From positions 1 through 48,914 of the forward strand of contig DATIAJ010000254.1 in NCBI GenBank assembly GCA_035458105.1: 48,914 nucleotides of DNA. Reading direction: 5' to 3'. Position numbers and translations under genes: made by a program. The number at the start of each line of letters is the position of its first letter. The stretch's first letter is position 1. This document shows positions 17,860 to 26,822 of this stretch, piece by piece. The stretch comes from Nocardioides sp. GTDB taxonomy: Bacteria; Actinomycetota; Actinomycetes; Propionibacteriales; Nocardioidaceae. The notes under the pieces are model-generated. The model had not been told where the DNA came from. It saw nothing but the letters and a program-made list of their open reading frames with translations, and did no database searches.

Positions 17860-18510
17860 TCACGCGGACGACAACTCGCGCAGCGCCTCGACGGTCCAGC
17901 GCGACGCGACCCCGTCGGCGCCGGCCAGGTAGTCGACGCGTGCCTCGGTGTCGAGCCCGAACCCGTCCGCCAACCCCTCCAGCATCGTGCGGACGTACGC
18001 CGCGGACGGGGCGGCGGCCGTCGGCACGCGCGTGCCGGTGAGGGTGAGCATGCGGTGCCCGTCGAGCTCACCCAGGTCGAGCAGGACGTCGTACGTGCGG
18101 GAGAACCCGTGGCGGGTCGGCCCGCCGTCGGCGGCGAGCACGAGCTCCGCCCCCACCGGGTGCCGCGCCTCCTGGGCGACGAGGTCGCCGAGCTGCTCGA
18201 GGCGCAGCAGGTAGGCCCGCGCGTGGACGACGCCGTCGTGACCGGGCACGAAGAAGGCCATCCCGCCTCCCCACACCCCCGACTCACCGGCGAAGGCCAG
18301 GCGCCCGGTCAGCTCGACGGGCCGGTGGTCCCGCGGCGGGGACGGGTCGCGGCAGCCGTCGTAGTGGCGGGCGGCCCCCGCAGGACGACCGCCCGCGACG
18401 TAGCAGCCCAGCCGCTCGGTCGACAGGTTCGTGCCGTACGCGGCGTACCAGACGTACGTCCCCGGGTCGCTCACACGGACAGGGTCGCTCACACCGACAG
18501 GGTGCCTCAC
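17860..18510 (-). CDS. Gamma-glutamylcyclotransferase-fold protein (family often mis-annotated as histone deacetylase)
   Basis: VWYAAYGTNL (GGCT YxxYGSNL), LAFAGESGVWGGGMAF, DLVAQE (catalytic Glu position), PSAAYV. GTG at 18510 overlaps the upstream stop; alternative starts at 18492 and 18474. Confidence 0.75.
   Translation of the reverse strand: MRHPVGVSDPVRVSDPGTYVWYAAYGTNLSTERLGCYVAGGRPAGAARHYDGCRDPSPPRDHRPVELTGRLAFAGESGVWGGGMAFFVPGHDGVVHARAYLLRLEQLGDLVAQEARHPVGAELVLAADGGPTRHGFSRTYDVLLDLGELDGHRMLTLTGTRVPTAAAPSAAYVRTMLEGLADGFGLDTEARVDYLAGADGVASRWTVEALRELSSA
18464..18510. repeat. 18-bp tandem repeat (about 2.6 copies) at the start of the GGCT-like gene
   Basis: GGGTCGCTCACACGGACA (18464-18481), GGGTCGCTCACACCGACA (18482-18499), GGGTGCCTCAC (18500-18510). 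Confidence 0.85.
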
Positions 18511-20060
18511 GTGGGCAGCGCCCCCGGCGCCAGGGCCGACGCCGCCTCCTCCAGCAGGGCATCGGTGGCGTCCTGGTAGGTCTGCCAGGCCTCCTCGGGG
18601 CTGTTGCCGATCGCCGTCATCCCGAGCCGCCCGCACTCGGTCACGCAGCTGAGCATGTGGAACACCACGCCCGTCTTGTGGGAGTGGTCGAAGTGCAGTC
18701 GCTTCCGCACCACGACGTCGAACACGTCGCGGGGGGTGAGCGCCTTGAGCCGGTCGTCCTCGAGGTGGTCGGTCGCGACGAGGAACTTGGGGGCGCCGGA
18801 CGCCGTGCGGTAGAGCCCGGCCTCGCCGTCGTACTCCCCACCGACGAGGAACTGCAGGGTGAGGAAGGGGTGCGTCGTGCCGCCCTTGCGGAGGTTGAGC
18901 TCGATCGCATACGCGGTCCAGTCCTCGGCGCCGTCGCGGACGGCAACGAAGTCGACGGCGAAGCGCCCCAGCACGCCGCGCTCGGCGAGGTCGCGGCCGA
19001 CGGCCATGGCGGGCTCCGTGATCAGGCGGGAGTACGCCGGGTCGGCGGGGAACACGCAGCCGAGGTACTTCTGCCCGCTCGCTCCACCGAGCAGCTGGTC
19101 GTGGGTCGAGAGGAGCTCGACGGTGCGGTCGGGCAGCACCCGCATCTGCACGCTCGGGCTGGTGAGCGCGCTGCCGGTGATCCGCTCCTCGACCACGCCG
19201 CCGAGGCGCTCGAAGGTGGCGAGGAAGTCGTCCACGGCGAGACCGGTCGCCTCGGGCCGCAGCTCACGGAGGCGGGCGCGCACAGCGGGCTCCTCGCCGG
19301 GGTCGCCGGGGGCGGGCAGGCCCGAGACGTCGACGAGCGCGTTGCCCGACCCGGACACGCCCTCGTTGACCTTCACGATCACCTCCGCCAGGGACGGCGC
19401 CTCGGCCCGCATCCTCGACACCGCCGCCACGAGGTCGTCCACCGTCCGGAGGCCCTCGGCCCCGGCCGGCGCACGGACGCCGACGTCCGCGAAGAGCCGG
19501 CGGCACCCGGACTTGCTGCCGAGCGACGCGAGTCGGGGGTCCGAGGCGTACATCGGGATGCCCAGGCTGATCGCGACGTCTCGCTCGAGCTCGGTGGTCG
19601 TGTAGGGGATCAGGTGGCTGACCGACCGGTCGGGGAGCAGCTCGCGGATGCGGTGCAGCACGCGCGGTCGGTCGAGCACCTTCTGGCTCAGCGGCCGCGT
19701 CGACGCGTCACCGACCGACACCAGCCGCAACCGCCGGCGCGCGTTGCTGGGGATGACCCCGGGCAGCAGGCCGAGGTAGTAGTCGACGATCTCGTCGGCG
19801 ATGGGTGAGGAGGTGACGTAGACGAGGGTCAGCATCGGTTGCCGCAGGAGCAGCAGCTGGAACAGGGCCCGCTCCTCCATCGCCTGCATCAACGTCCCGC
19901 TCGTCGCCGTCGAGCTGTCGAGGCTGATCGACGGCACGACGACCGCCGACTCGTCGGGCCGGTCGCGCCGCATGGCGTCCCACACCTGCGGCAGGCGCCG
20001 CTGGAGGTCGTCGAAGACGGCGTAGCGCTGCTCCTCGTCCAGGTCCGCCAGCACGTCCAT
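18507..20060 (-). CDS. PGM1-related ATP-grasp peptide/amide ligase
   Basis: VVVPSISLD, EERALF.LLLLR.P, GSKSGCRRLF, VKVNEGVSGSGNA, SPSVQ, STHDQLLGG..GQ.YLGC.FPA, VDF, IELNLRKGGTTHPF (ATP-grasp ExN). Confidence 0.85.
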   Translation of the reverse strand: MDVLADLDEEQRYAVFDDLQRRLPQVWDAMRRDRPDESAVVVPSISLDSSTATSGTLMQAMEERALFQLLLLRQPMLTLVYVTSSPIADEIVDYYLGLLPGVIPSNARRRLRLVSVGDASTRPLSQKVLDRPRVLHRIRELLPDRSVSHLIPYTTTELERDVAISLGIPMYASDPRLASLGSKSGCRRLFADVGVRAPAGAEGLRTVDDLVAAVSRMRAEAPSLAEVIVKVNEGVSGSGNALVDVSGLPAPGDPGEEPAVRARLRELRPEATGLAVDDFLATFERLGGVVEERITGSALTSPSVQMRVLPDRTVELLSTHDQLLGGASGQKYLGCVFPADPAYSRLITEPAMAVGRDLAERGVLGRFAVDFVAVRDGAEDWTAYAIELNLRKGGTTHPFLTLQFLVGGEYDGEAGLYRTASGAPKFLVATDHLEDDRLKALTPRDVFDVVVRKRLHFDHSHKTGVVFHMLSCVTECGRLGMTAIGNSPEEAWQTYQDATDALLEEAASALAPGALPT

Positions 20061-20064
20061 CCGC

Positions 20065-21186
20065 CTACCTCTCGGTCGTCTCCAGCACGTCGTGGACCCG
20101 CACGGGCCGACTGAACCCCCTGGGTTGGACGTCGCCGACCACGTCGGCCGCGACCTGCTCCTCGACCTGCGCCAGCACGCGGTCGGTCACCAGCACCTGC
20201 CACGGGCCGGCGTCGGCGCACAGCCGGGCCGCGAGGTTGGTGACGCTGCCGATGGCCGCGTAGTCCGAGCGGCCGGGATAGCCGATGCGACCCAGGGTGG
20301 CGAACCCCTGCGCCACCCCCACCCCGAGCGACAGGTCGTGACCGCGGCGCCTCCAGCCGGACGCGAGGCGTCGTACGTCCTGGCGCACCGCCAGCGACAT
20401 CGCGATCGCCGCGCCGGCCGGGTCGGGAACGGGGACGGGGTCGTTGAAGAAGACCATGACTCCGTCGCCGGTGAACCGCTCGAGCGTCCCGCCGTGCTCC
20501 TCGATCCGCGCCCCGAGCGCCAGGTGGAACTCGCCGAGCACGTGCATCACCTCCTCGGGCTCCGAGGCCTCGGCGAAGGAGGTGAAGCCACGGAAGTCGC
20601 AGAAGACCACGACGATCTCGCGGCGATGGCTGGCCAGGAGTCCCTCGTCGTTCACGACGACGTCGGCCAGCTGCGGCGACAGGAAGCGGCGCAGCCGTCC
20701 CATGCGCTCGATCTCCTCGACCTGGGCGGCCACCCGGTCCTCGAGCTCGCGGTTCCAGGTGGCGATCTCGGCCGCCTGGCGGCGGACGGTGTCGTGGTAA
20801 CCCTTGATCCGCGCGAGCGAGCGGACCCGGGCGAGCAGCTCGGACTGGTCGAAGGGCTTGGTGATGAAGTCGTCGGCCCCGGCCTCCAGCCCCTCGAGCC
20901 GCTGGGCGCCCCCGCCGGCGGTGATCATCACGACCGGCAGGAACTCGGTGCGCGGGTCCTGCCGGATCCGGCGGCAGACCTCGCAGCCGTCCATCCCGGG
21001 CATCTGCACGTCGAGCAGCACGACATCGACGTCGGTCGAGCCGAGCACGTCGAGGGCCTCCTGCCCGCTCGAGGCCGCAAGCACCTCGAAGCCCCGCGGC
21101 GAGAGCACCGCGTCGAGGAGGCGGAGGTTGGCCGGCTGGTCGTCGACCGCGAGCACGGTCTGCCTCGTCGCGTTGCGGCCTGTCAC
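20065..21186 (-). CDS. Response regulator receiver plus class III nucleotidyl cyclase
   Basis: REC: VDDQP...LLDVQMPGMDG...KPF. Coiled-coil linker. Cyclase: VVFCDFRGFT, ERFTGDG, DYAAIGSVTNLAARL. GTG at 21186 overlaps the upstream stop. Confidence 0.93.
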   Translation of the reverse strand: MTGRNATRQTVLAVDDQPANLRLLDAVLSPRGFEVLAASSGQEALDVLGSTDVDVVLLDVQMPGMDGCEVCRRIRQDPRTEFLPVVMITAGGGAQRLEGLEAGADDFITKPFDQSELLARVRSLARIKGYHDTVRRQAAEIATWNRELEDRVAAQVEEIERMGRLRRFLSPQLADVVVNDEGLLASHRREIVVVFCDFRGFTSFAEASEPEEVMHVLGEFHLALGARIEEHGGTLERFTGDGVMVFFNDPVPVPDPAGAAIAMSLAVRQDVRRLASGWRRRGHDLSLGVGVAQGFATLGRIGYPGRSDYAAIGSVTNLAARLCADAGPWQVLVTDRVLAQVEEQVAADVVGDVQPRGFSRPVRVHDVLETTER

Positions 21187-21560
21187 GATCCACCTCCGGC
21201 GAGGAAGCGCTCCACCTGCCCGGGGAGCGACCGCGGGCTGATCGGCTTCTCCAGGTAGCCGTCGAACCCCGCGCTGCGCGCCCGGTCGCGGTCCTCGGCC
21301 ATCGCCAGTGCGGTCACGGCAACGACGGGTACGCCGTCCGCCAGGACGCCGTCGCGCAGCCGACGCAGCGTCTCGTGGCCGTCGATGCCCGGGAGCTGCA
21401 GGTCGAGCAGCACGAGGTCGGGCGGCTCGCTCGCCGCCGACGCGAGCCCGAGCTCGCCCGTGGTCGCCGCGGCCACGTCGTAGCCGGCGTGCTGGAGGAC
21501 GTCGCGCACGAGCTTCAGGTTGAGGGCGTTGTCCTCGACCACCAGGACCCTCGGGCTCAC
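21183..21560 (-). CDS. Single-domain response regulator (DivK/CheY-like)
   Basis: VVEDNALNLKL, LLDLQLPGIDG, AVTALAM, YLEKP. Confidence 0.93.
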   Translation of the reverse strand: MSPRVLVVEDNALNLKLVRDVLQHAGYDVAAATTGELGLASAASEPPDLVLLDLQLPGIDGHETLRRLRDGVLADGVPVVAVTALAMAEDRDRARSAGFDGYLEKPISPRSLPGQVERFLAGGGS

Positions 21561-23803
21561 GACACACCACCGCCCACGGGGTCGAGGCCCGCGCCGAGGC
21601 CGGGGACGTCGAGCGCCTCGAGGAGGTCCTCACGCCGCACGGGCTTGAGCAGGTAGGCCGAGGCACCGAGCCGGAGGCCGCGCTGCCGCTCGTCGACGAT
21701 CGACACCACCACGACCGGGATGGACCGGGTGACCGGGTCCGCCTTGAGGCGGGTGAGCACCTCCCAGCCGTCCATCCGGGGCAGCCGGATGTCGAGCACG
21801 ACCGCCACCGGGCTCGCCGTACGGGCAAGGGCCAACGCCTCCAGCCCGTCACGCGCGTGCAGGGCCCGCACGGGGGTGGCCGAGAGGTAGGCGGTCATCA
21901 GGTCGAGCGACGCGCGGTCGTCGTCGACGAGGAGGACGGTGCGCTCACCGGCGGCCCCGCTCCCGCCGGCCGCCTCGATGCGCGGCAGCGGCAACCGGAG
22001 GGTGAAGGTGCTGCCGCCGGCGTCGGACTGGGGTTCGAGCCACAGGGTCCCGCCGAAGAGGGCGACGATGCGTCGCGACAGGGTGAGCCCGAGGCCGGTG
22101 CCCTCCTCCTGGGGCGTGCTCCGACGGCCCTGCTGGAACGACTCGAAGATGCGCTCACGGTCCTCGGGCGGCACGCCGACACCGGTGTCGGTCACCCGGA
22201 CCAGCACGTCGCCGTCGTCGCGCTCGGCGTGCACCTCGACCCGCCCGCCGTCGGGGGTGAACTTCACCGCGTTCGACACGAGGTTGAGCACCACCTGCTT
22301 GAGCCTCAGCTCGTCGGCCCACACGATCCCCACGTCGTCGGCGACCTCGAGGCCGAGCTCGATGCCGTGGGACGCGGCCCGCTCCCGGACCAGCGACAGC
22401 ACGTAGTCGAGGCAGGCCTGCACCGACACCAGGCTCGGCTCGAGGACCATGCGCCCGGCTTCGACCTTGGAGAGGTCGAGGATCTCGTTGAGCAGCTCGA
22501 GCAGGTGCTTGCCCGACGCCCAGATGTCGCGGAGGTACTCCTCCTGGCGCTGGTTGAGGTCGCCGAACAGGCGGTCGAGGAGGACCTCGGAGAAGCCGAT
22601 CACCGCGTTGAGCGGCGTCCGGAGCTCGTGCGACATGCTCGCGAGGAACTCCGACTTGTGGCGGCTCGCCACCTCGAGCTCGGCCCGCTTCGTGTCGAGC
22701 TCGCCGTAGAGGCGCGCGTTGACGATGGCGAGCCCCGACTGGTTGGCGAAGGTCTGCAGGAGCTCGGGTGTCTCCGCGGCGAAGCCGCCGCTCGAGCGCC
22801 GCCTGATCACCAGGGCACCGACGAGCTGGTCGCGCCGGACGAGGGGCACGGCGAGCAGCGAGCGCCAGCCGTCGGCGTGGAGCACGTCGAGGTGCTCGTC
22901 GCGGGGCACGGCCGCGAGGTCCGTGATCTCGAGCGTCGAGCGTTCGACCGCTGACCTGCCGACCGGCGACGTCGACCGCGCGATGCGCAGCTCACGCAGG
23001 CGCGCGGTCAGGTCCTCGGTGCCACCGGCGGTGGCCCGCACGAGGAAGCAGTCGGCGGCGGTGTCGTACTCCATGATCGACCCGCCGTCGGCGCCGGTGA
23101 GCCGTACGGCGCCGCTGACGATCTCGCCGAGGACCTCCTCGAGGTCCAGGCTCGAGCTCACCGCGTCGCCGATCTCGCGCAGCACCTCGAGCTGCCTGAC
23201 GTTGGCTGCGAGCTCCTGGCTGCGGGCCTCCAGCGCAGCGACGAGCTCGACCTGCCGCAGCACGATCGCCGCTTGGGACGCGAACGTGCTGATCAGGTCG
23301 ACCTCGCCCTCGTCGAACGGGCGGGCCTGGGTGCGCCACACCGACAGGATCCCGATCACCTCGCCGTCGAGGATCATGGGCGCAGAGAGCAGGGACCGGT
23401 AGCCGGCGAGGTGCTGGAGGTCGTGCCGTCCGTAGTCGGGATCGGCAAGGACGTCTGCGATCTGCTGGGTGGTCCGGTCCAGGGCCACGCGGCCGAGCAG
23501 GCTGTCGCGCCCCATGGCCATGGGGTGCTCCTGCTGGTGGCGACGGAACTCCTCCGGCACGAAGCCGGCCACCCGGGACAGCCGGAACGTCCCGTCCTCG
23601 CCGAGGTAGAGCTGGGCGGCGTCGGCCCGGCACATCCGGGCGGCACGGTCGATGATCGTGTCCAGCACCTCGCCCGGCTCGGCGCCTGCGCGTCCCAGCG
23701 CCTCGAGGATCTCGCGGGTCGCCGCCGCCTGCTCCTGGGCGTCGACCAGCCTGCGGTGCGTGTGCGCACCGCTGCTGGTTCCCGTCGTCGGGCCTTCCTC
23801 CAT
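21557..23803 (-). CDS. Soluble hybrid histidine kinase GAF-GAF-HisKA-HATPase-REC
   Basis: Two GAF domains (RSLLSAPM, RSLLAVPL); H-box MSHELRTPLN; NLVSNAVKFT; DTGVG; GTGLGL; C-terminal REC (VDDD, LDIRLPRMDG, KP). ATG at 23803; no TM helix. Confidence 0.93.
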   Translation of the reverse strand: MEEGPTTGTSSGAHTHRRLVDAQEQAAATREILEALGRAGAEPGEVLDTIIDRAARMCRADAAQLYLGEDGTFRLSRVAGFVPEEFRRHQQEHPMAMGRDSLLGRVALDRTTQQIADVLADPDYGRHDLQHLAGYRSLLSAPMILDGEVIGILSVWRTQARPFDEGEVDLISTFASQAAIVLRQVELVAALEARSQELAANVRQLEVLREIGDAVSSSLDLEEVLGEIVSGAVRLTGADGGSIMEYDTAADCFLVRATAGGTEDLTARLRELRIARSTSPVGRSAVERSTLEITDLAAVPRDEHLDVLHADGWRSLLAVPLVRRDQLVGALVIRRRSSGGFAAETPELLQTFANQSGLAIVNARLYGELDTKRAELEVASRHKSEFLASMSHELRTPLNAVIGFSEVLLDRLFGDLNQRQEEYLRDIWASGKHLLELLNEILDLSKVEAGRMVLEPSLVSVQACLDYVLSLVRERAASHGIELGLEVADDVGIVWADELRLKQVVLNLVSNAVKFTPDGGRVEVHAERDDGDVLVRVTDTGVGVPPEDRERIFESFQQGRRSTPQEEGTGLGLTLSRRIVALFGGTLWLEPQSDAGGSTFTLRLPLPRIEAAGGSGAAGERTVLLVDDDRASLDLMTAYLSATPVRALHARDGLEALALARTASPVAVVLDIRLPRMDGWEVLTRLKADPVTRSIPVVVVSIVDERQRGLRLGASAYLLKPVRREDLLEALDVPGLGAGLDPVGGGVS

Positions 23804-23889
23804 GGCACCGTCCCTGCCGCCCCCCGCGCTTCGAGTGTGCTCCCGGCCGTGCGGGACCGACAAGCCCCGATTTGGGGGAAGGGCCCGCC

Positions 23890-25197
23890 TCAGGGCCGGA
23901 GCGTGGCGGGGAGCGTCTCGAAGCCGCGCAGGATGCGGGTCTCGCGGCGGCGGGCGCCCGGTTCGAGGCGCAGGTCGGGGAAGCGTTCCCAGATCGCCCG
24001 CAGCCCGACCTCGCCCTCCATCCGCGCGAGCTGCGCACCGAGGCAGTGGTGGCGGCCGGCGGAGAAGGAGATGTGGTCGCGCGCGTTGGTGCGGGCCACG
24101 TCGAAGCGCAGCGGGTCGGCGAAGACCGCGGGGTCCCGGTTGGCACCACCGAGGATCGCGGTGACCATCGAGCCACCGCGCACCTCCCGCCCACCGACCT
24201 CGGTGTCGCGGACCGCCATGCGGCCGGTGAGCAGCACCGGCGGGTCGAGGCGGAGCGCCTCCTCGACGACGTTGGGCCACAGCGACGGGTCGGCCGCGAT
24301 GCGGGCCCGCTCGTCCGGGTGGTCGTGCAGCAGCGCGATGCCGTTGCCGAGCAGGTTGACGGTCGTCTCGAAGCCGGCGGCCAGGACCAGCCCGGCGGTG
24401 GCCTTCAGCTCCGTCTCGTCCAGACCGCGGCCCTCCTCGCGAACGGTGACGAGCTGGCTGAGCAGGTCGTCGCCCGGCGTACGACGAAGCGTCTCGAGGT
24501 GCCGGCCGAGCCAGGCGTCGAACTGCGCCAGCGCCCGTGTGACGGACCGGTAGCGCCGGAACCCCAGCCCGAGGTCGAGGCTCGGCGCCGCCGCCGAGCC
24601 GAAGTCGAGCACCTGGCCCCGCTCCTGCTCGGGCACTCCGAGGATCTCGGCGATGACCGTGACGGGCAGCACCGAGCAGTAGGTCTCGACGAGGTCGACG
24701 GGGCTCGACGCCCGCCGCTCGAGGGAGTCGAGCAGGTCGGCGGCGATCTCCTCGGTCCGCTCCCGCAACCGCTCGACCGCCCGCATCGTGAAGACGCGGG
24801 TGACGAGCTTGCGGTAGCGGGTGTGGTCGGGCGGCTCGGTCACGAGCAGCGACGGCGGCTCGACCGGGTGGAGCGTGGTGGGCGCGGCCCAGCGGGAGAC
24901 CCGGCCGAGCGGCCCCTGCGCCGTCGGCAGCCCGGTGCGGAAGTCGTCACTGGTGAGCACGTGGCGTACGGCGGCGTGACTGGTGGTCACGTGGCCGATG
25001 CCCGAGCGGTAGACCGGGCCCTGCGACCGGATCTCCTCGATCAGGTCGAACACCCCGCCGGAACCCGTCGCCCCGAGCCGGATGAGCCGCGCCTGCAGAT
25101 CGCCCCGGGCGGCCGCCCGACGCAGGTAGAGCGTCGGCATGCCGTGGGCCACACCCCAGTGGACCGCCGACCTGAGCTCCGTGGTGGGCGCCGCCAT
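23890..25197 (-). CDS. Cytochrome P450 (CYP140-like)
   Basis: EPPDHTRYRK, AGFETT (I helix), EEALR (ExxR), FSAGRHHCLG (heme Cys); ATG at 25197. Confidence 0.95.
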   Translation of the reverse strand: MAAPTTELRSAVHWGVAHGMPTLYLRRAAARGDLQARLIRLGATGSGGVFDLIEEIRSQGPVYRSGIGHVTTSHAAVRHVLTSDDFRTGLPTAQGPLGRVSRWAAPTTLHPVEPPSLLVTEPPDHTRYRKLVTRVFTMRAVERLRERTEEIAADLLDSLERRASSPVDLVETYCSVLPVTVIAEILGVPEQERGQVLDFGSAAAPSLDLGLGFRRYRSVTRALAQFDAWLGRHLETLRRTPGDDLLSQLVTVREEGRGLDETELKATAGLVLAAGFETTVNLLGNGIALLHDHPDERARIAADPSLWPNVVEEALRLDPPVLLTGRMAVRDTEVGGREVRGGSMVTAILGGANRDPAVFADPLRFDVARTNARDHISFSAGRHHCLGAQLARMEGEVGLRAIWERFPDLRLEPGARRRETRILRGFETLPATLRP

Positions 25198-25230
25198 GAC
25201 CCGAGCGTAGTGCTGCCTAGGCTGGCCGCC

Positions 25231-25578
25231 ATGTGGCTCGTGGTCGACCTCCTGCTCGTCGCCGTCTTCGCGGTGCTCGGGCGCCTCAGCCACGACGACT
25301 CGCTCACCGCCGCCGGATGGTGGACGACGGCCTGGCCGTTCCTCGCCGGCACGTTGCTCGCGTGGGCGGCGCTGGCAGCCCTGCGGCGCCCCCCGGCCGC
25401 GGTCACCTCCGGCCTGGTCGTGTGGGCGGGGGCGCTCGTCGGGGGCATGGCGCTGCGGCAGGCGAGCGGGCAGGGCACCGCGACCGCGTTCGTCGTGGTG
25501 GCGACCCTCGTCCTGGGTGCTCTCCTGGTGCTGCCGCGGTTCGCTGCGAGGTTCAGCAGGTCGGGTGCCCGTGCCTGA
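25231..25578 (+). CDS. DUF3054 membrane protein
   Basis: D...V.VFA.LGR.SH, TAWPFLAG, GMALR...GQGTA..FVVVA. Confidence 0.85.
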   Translation: MWLVVDLLLVAVFAVLGRLSHDDSLTAAGWWTTAWPFLAGTLLAWAALAALRRPPAAVTSGLVVWAGALVGGMALRQASGQGTATAFVVVATLVLGALLVLPRFAARFSRSGARA

Positions 25579-26788
25579 CGCCGACGCCCGACAGCGCGGC
25601 GCCGTACGCTCGACCGGCCTCGCGTTCGGCGTCCTCCTCGCCGCCGTGGTCCTGGTCTCGGTCAACCTGCGACCCGGCGCGTCGTCGCTCGGGCCGGTGC
25701 TCGAGGAGCTGCGCACCGGGCTGGGCATGAGCGCCGCGGTCGCCGGCGCCGTGACCGGCCTGCCCGGACTGGTCTTCGGCGTCGTCGGGGCGGTGGCGGT
25801 GGTCTTCGCGCGCAAGGTCGGGATGACCGCCGGGATCACGCTCGGTCTCGCGGCGGCCGCCGTCGGACTGCTCCTGCGCGTGACGACGGACAACGTGCCT
25901 GTCTTCCTCCTGCTCACCGTCGTCGGGCTCGCCGGGATGGCGGTCGGCAACGTCCTCGTGCCCGCGTGGGTCAAGGCCCACGGCCACACGGTCGCGCTGA
26001 CGACCGTCTACGGCACGGGGCTCGTCGTCGGCGCCACCCTCAGCTCCGTGGCGACGGCGCCGGTCAGCGAGGCAGCCGGGTCGTGGCGGGTCGGCCTCGG
26101 CATGTGGGGCCTCCTCGCGTTGCTCGCCCTCCCGCTCTGGGTGTGGCTCACCGTCCACGAGCGCCGCTCCCCCGCCGAGCACCAGGTCAGCGGGGACGCC
26201 GCCCCCAGCGGGCGCATCGTCCACTCCCCGACCGCGGTCGCACTGACCGTCCTCTTCGGCGTGCAGTCGATGCACGCCTACGTCCAGTTCGGCTGGCTGC
26301 CGCAGGTCTACCGCGACGCCGGCATCTCCGCCTCCCACGCGGGGGCCCTGCAGGCCCTGCTCTCCAGCGTCGGCATCGCCGGCGCCCTGGTGCTGCCGAC
26401 GGTCATCGCGCGGGGCCGTGGACTGCGGCCGATGGCCGTGTCGTTCGGCGTGCTGATGGCGCTCGGCTACACCGGGCTCGTCCTCGCCCCGGCCACCCTC
26501 CCGTGGCTGTGGGCACTCATGCTCGGCTACTCCGGGCTGGCGTTCCCGACCGCGATCGCGCTCATCACGGCCCGCACCCGCCACCCGTCGGTGACCGCCC
26601 AGCTCTCCGGCTTCGTGCAGCCCGTCGGCTACGCCCTTGCCGCGATCGGGCCGTTCCTGGTGGGCCTGGTCCACGAGGCCACCGAGGACTGGACGCTCGT
26701 CCTGGTGCTGCTCGCCCTCACCTCGGTGCCGCTGACCGTCGCGGGCGTGCGCGTCGCGCGACCGACGTACGTCGACGACGAGATCTGA
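25571..26788 (+). CDS. MFS transporter, CynX/NimT family
   Basis: VSVNLRPGASSLGPVL, GNVLVPAWVK, FGVQS...Y..FGWLP, LSGFVQPVGY; about 12 TM helices. Confidence 0.9.
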   Translation: MPDADARQRGAVRSTGLAFGVLLAAVVLVSVNLRPGASSLGPVLEELRTGLGMSAAVAGAVTGLPGLVFGVVGAVAVVFARKVGMTAGITLGLAAAAVGLLLRVTTDNVPVFLLLTVVGLAGMAVGNVLVPAWVKAHGHTVALTTVYGTGLVVGATLSSVATAPVSEAAGSWRVGLGMWGLLALLALPLWVWLTVHERRSPAEHQVSGDAAPSGRIVHSPTAVALTVLFGVQSMHAYVQFGWLPQVYRDAGISASHAGALQALLSSVGIAGALVLPTVIARGRGLRPMAVSFGVLMALGYTGLVLAPATLPWLWALMLGYSGLAFPTAIALITARTRHPSVTAQLSGFVQPVGYALAAIGPFLVGLVHEATEDWTLVLVLLALTSVPLTVAGVRVARPTYVDDEI

Positions 26789-26822
26789 CGCGCGTGCCGC
26801 ACTCCTCTGTCAGGATCTGCGC

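Noticed and set aside
17860-18510. Histone deacetylase label often attached to this family
   Set aside because: No HDAC zinc motifs; the YGTNL, QE and PS..Y motifs fit the GGCT fold.
20065-21186. Pycsar/CBASS-type anti-phage cyclase system
   Set aside because: The cyclase is REC-fused within a two-component operon, and no cNMP-binding TM or TIR effector is adjacent.
18507-25197. RiPP or pheganomycin-like biosynthetic cluster (ligase plus P450)
   Set aside because: No precursor peptide, NRPS, amidinotransferase or exporter is visible; the intervening genes are signalling proteins.
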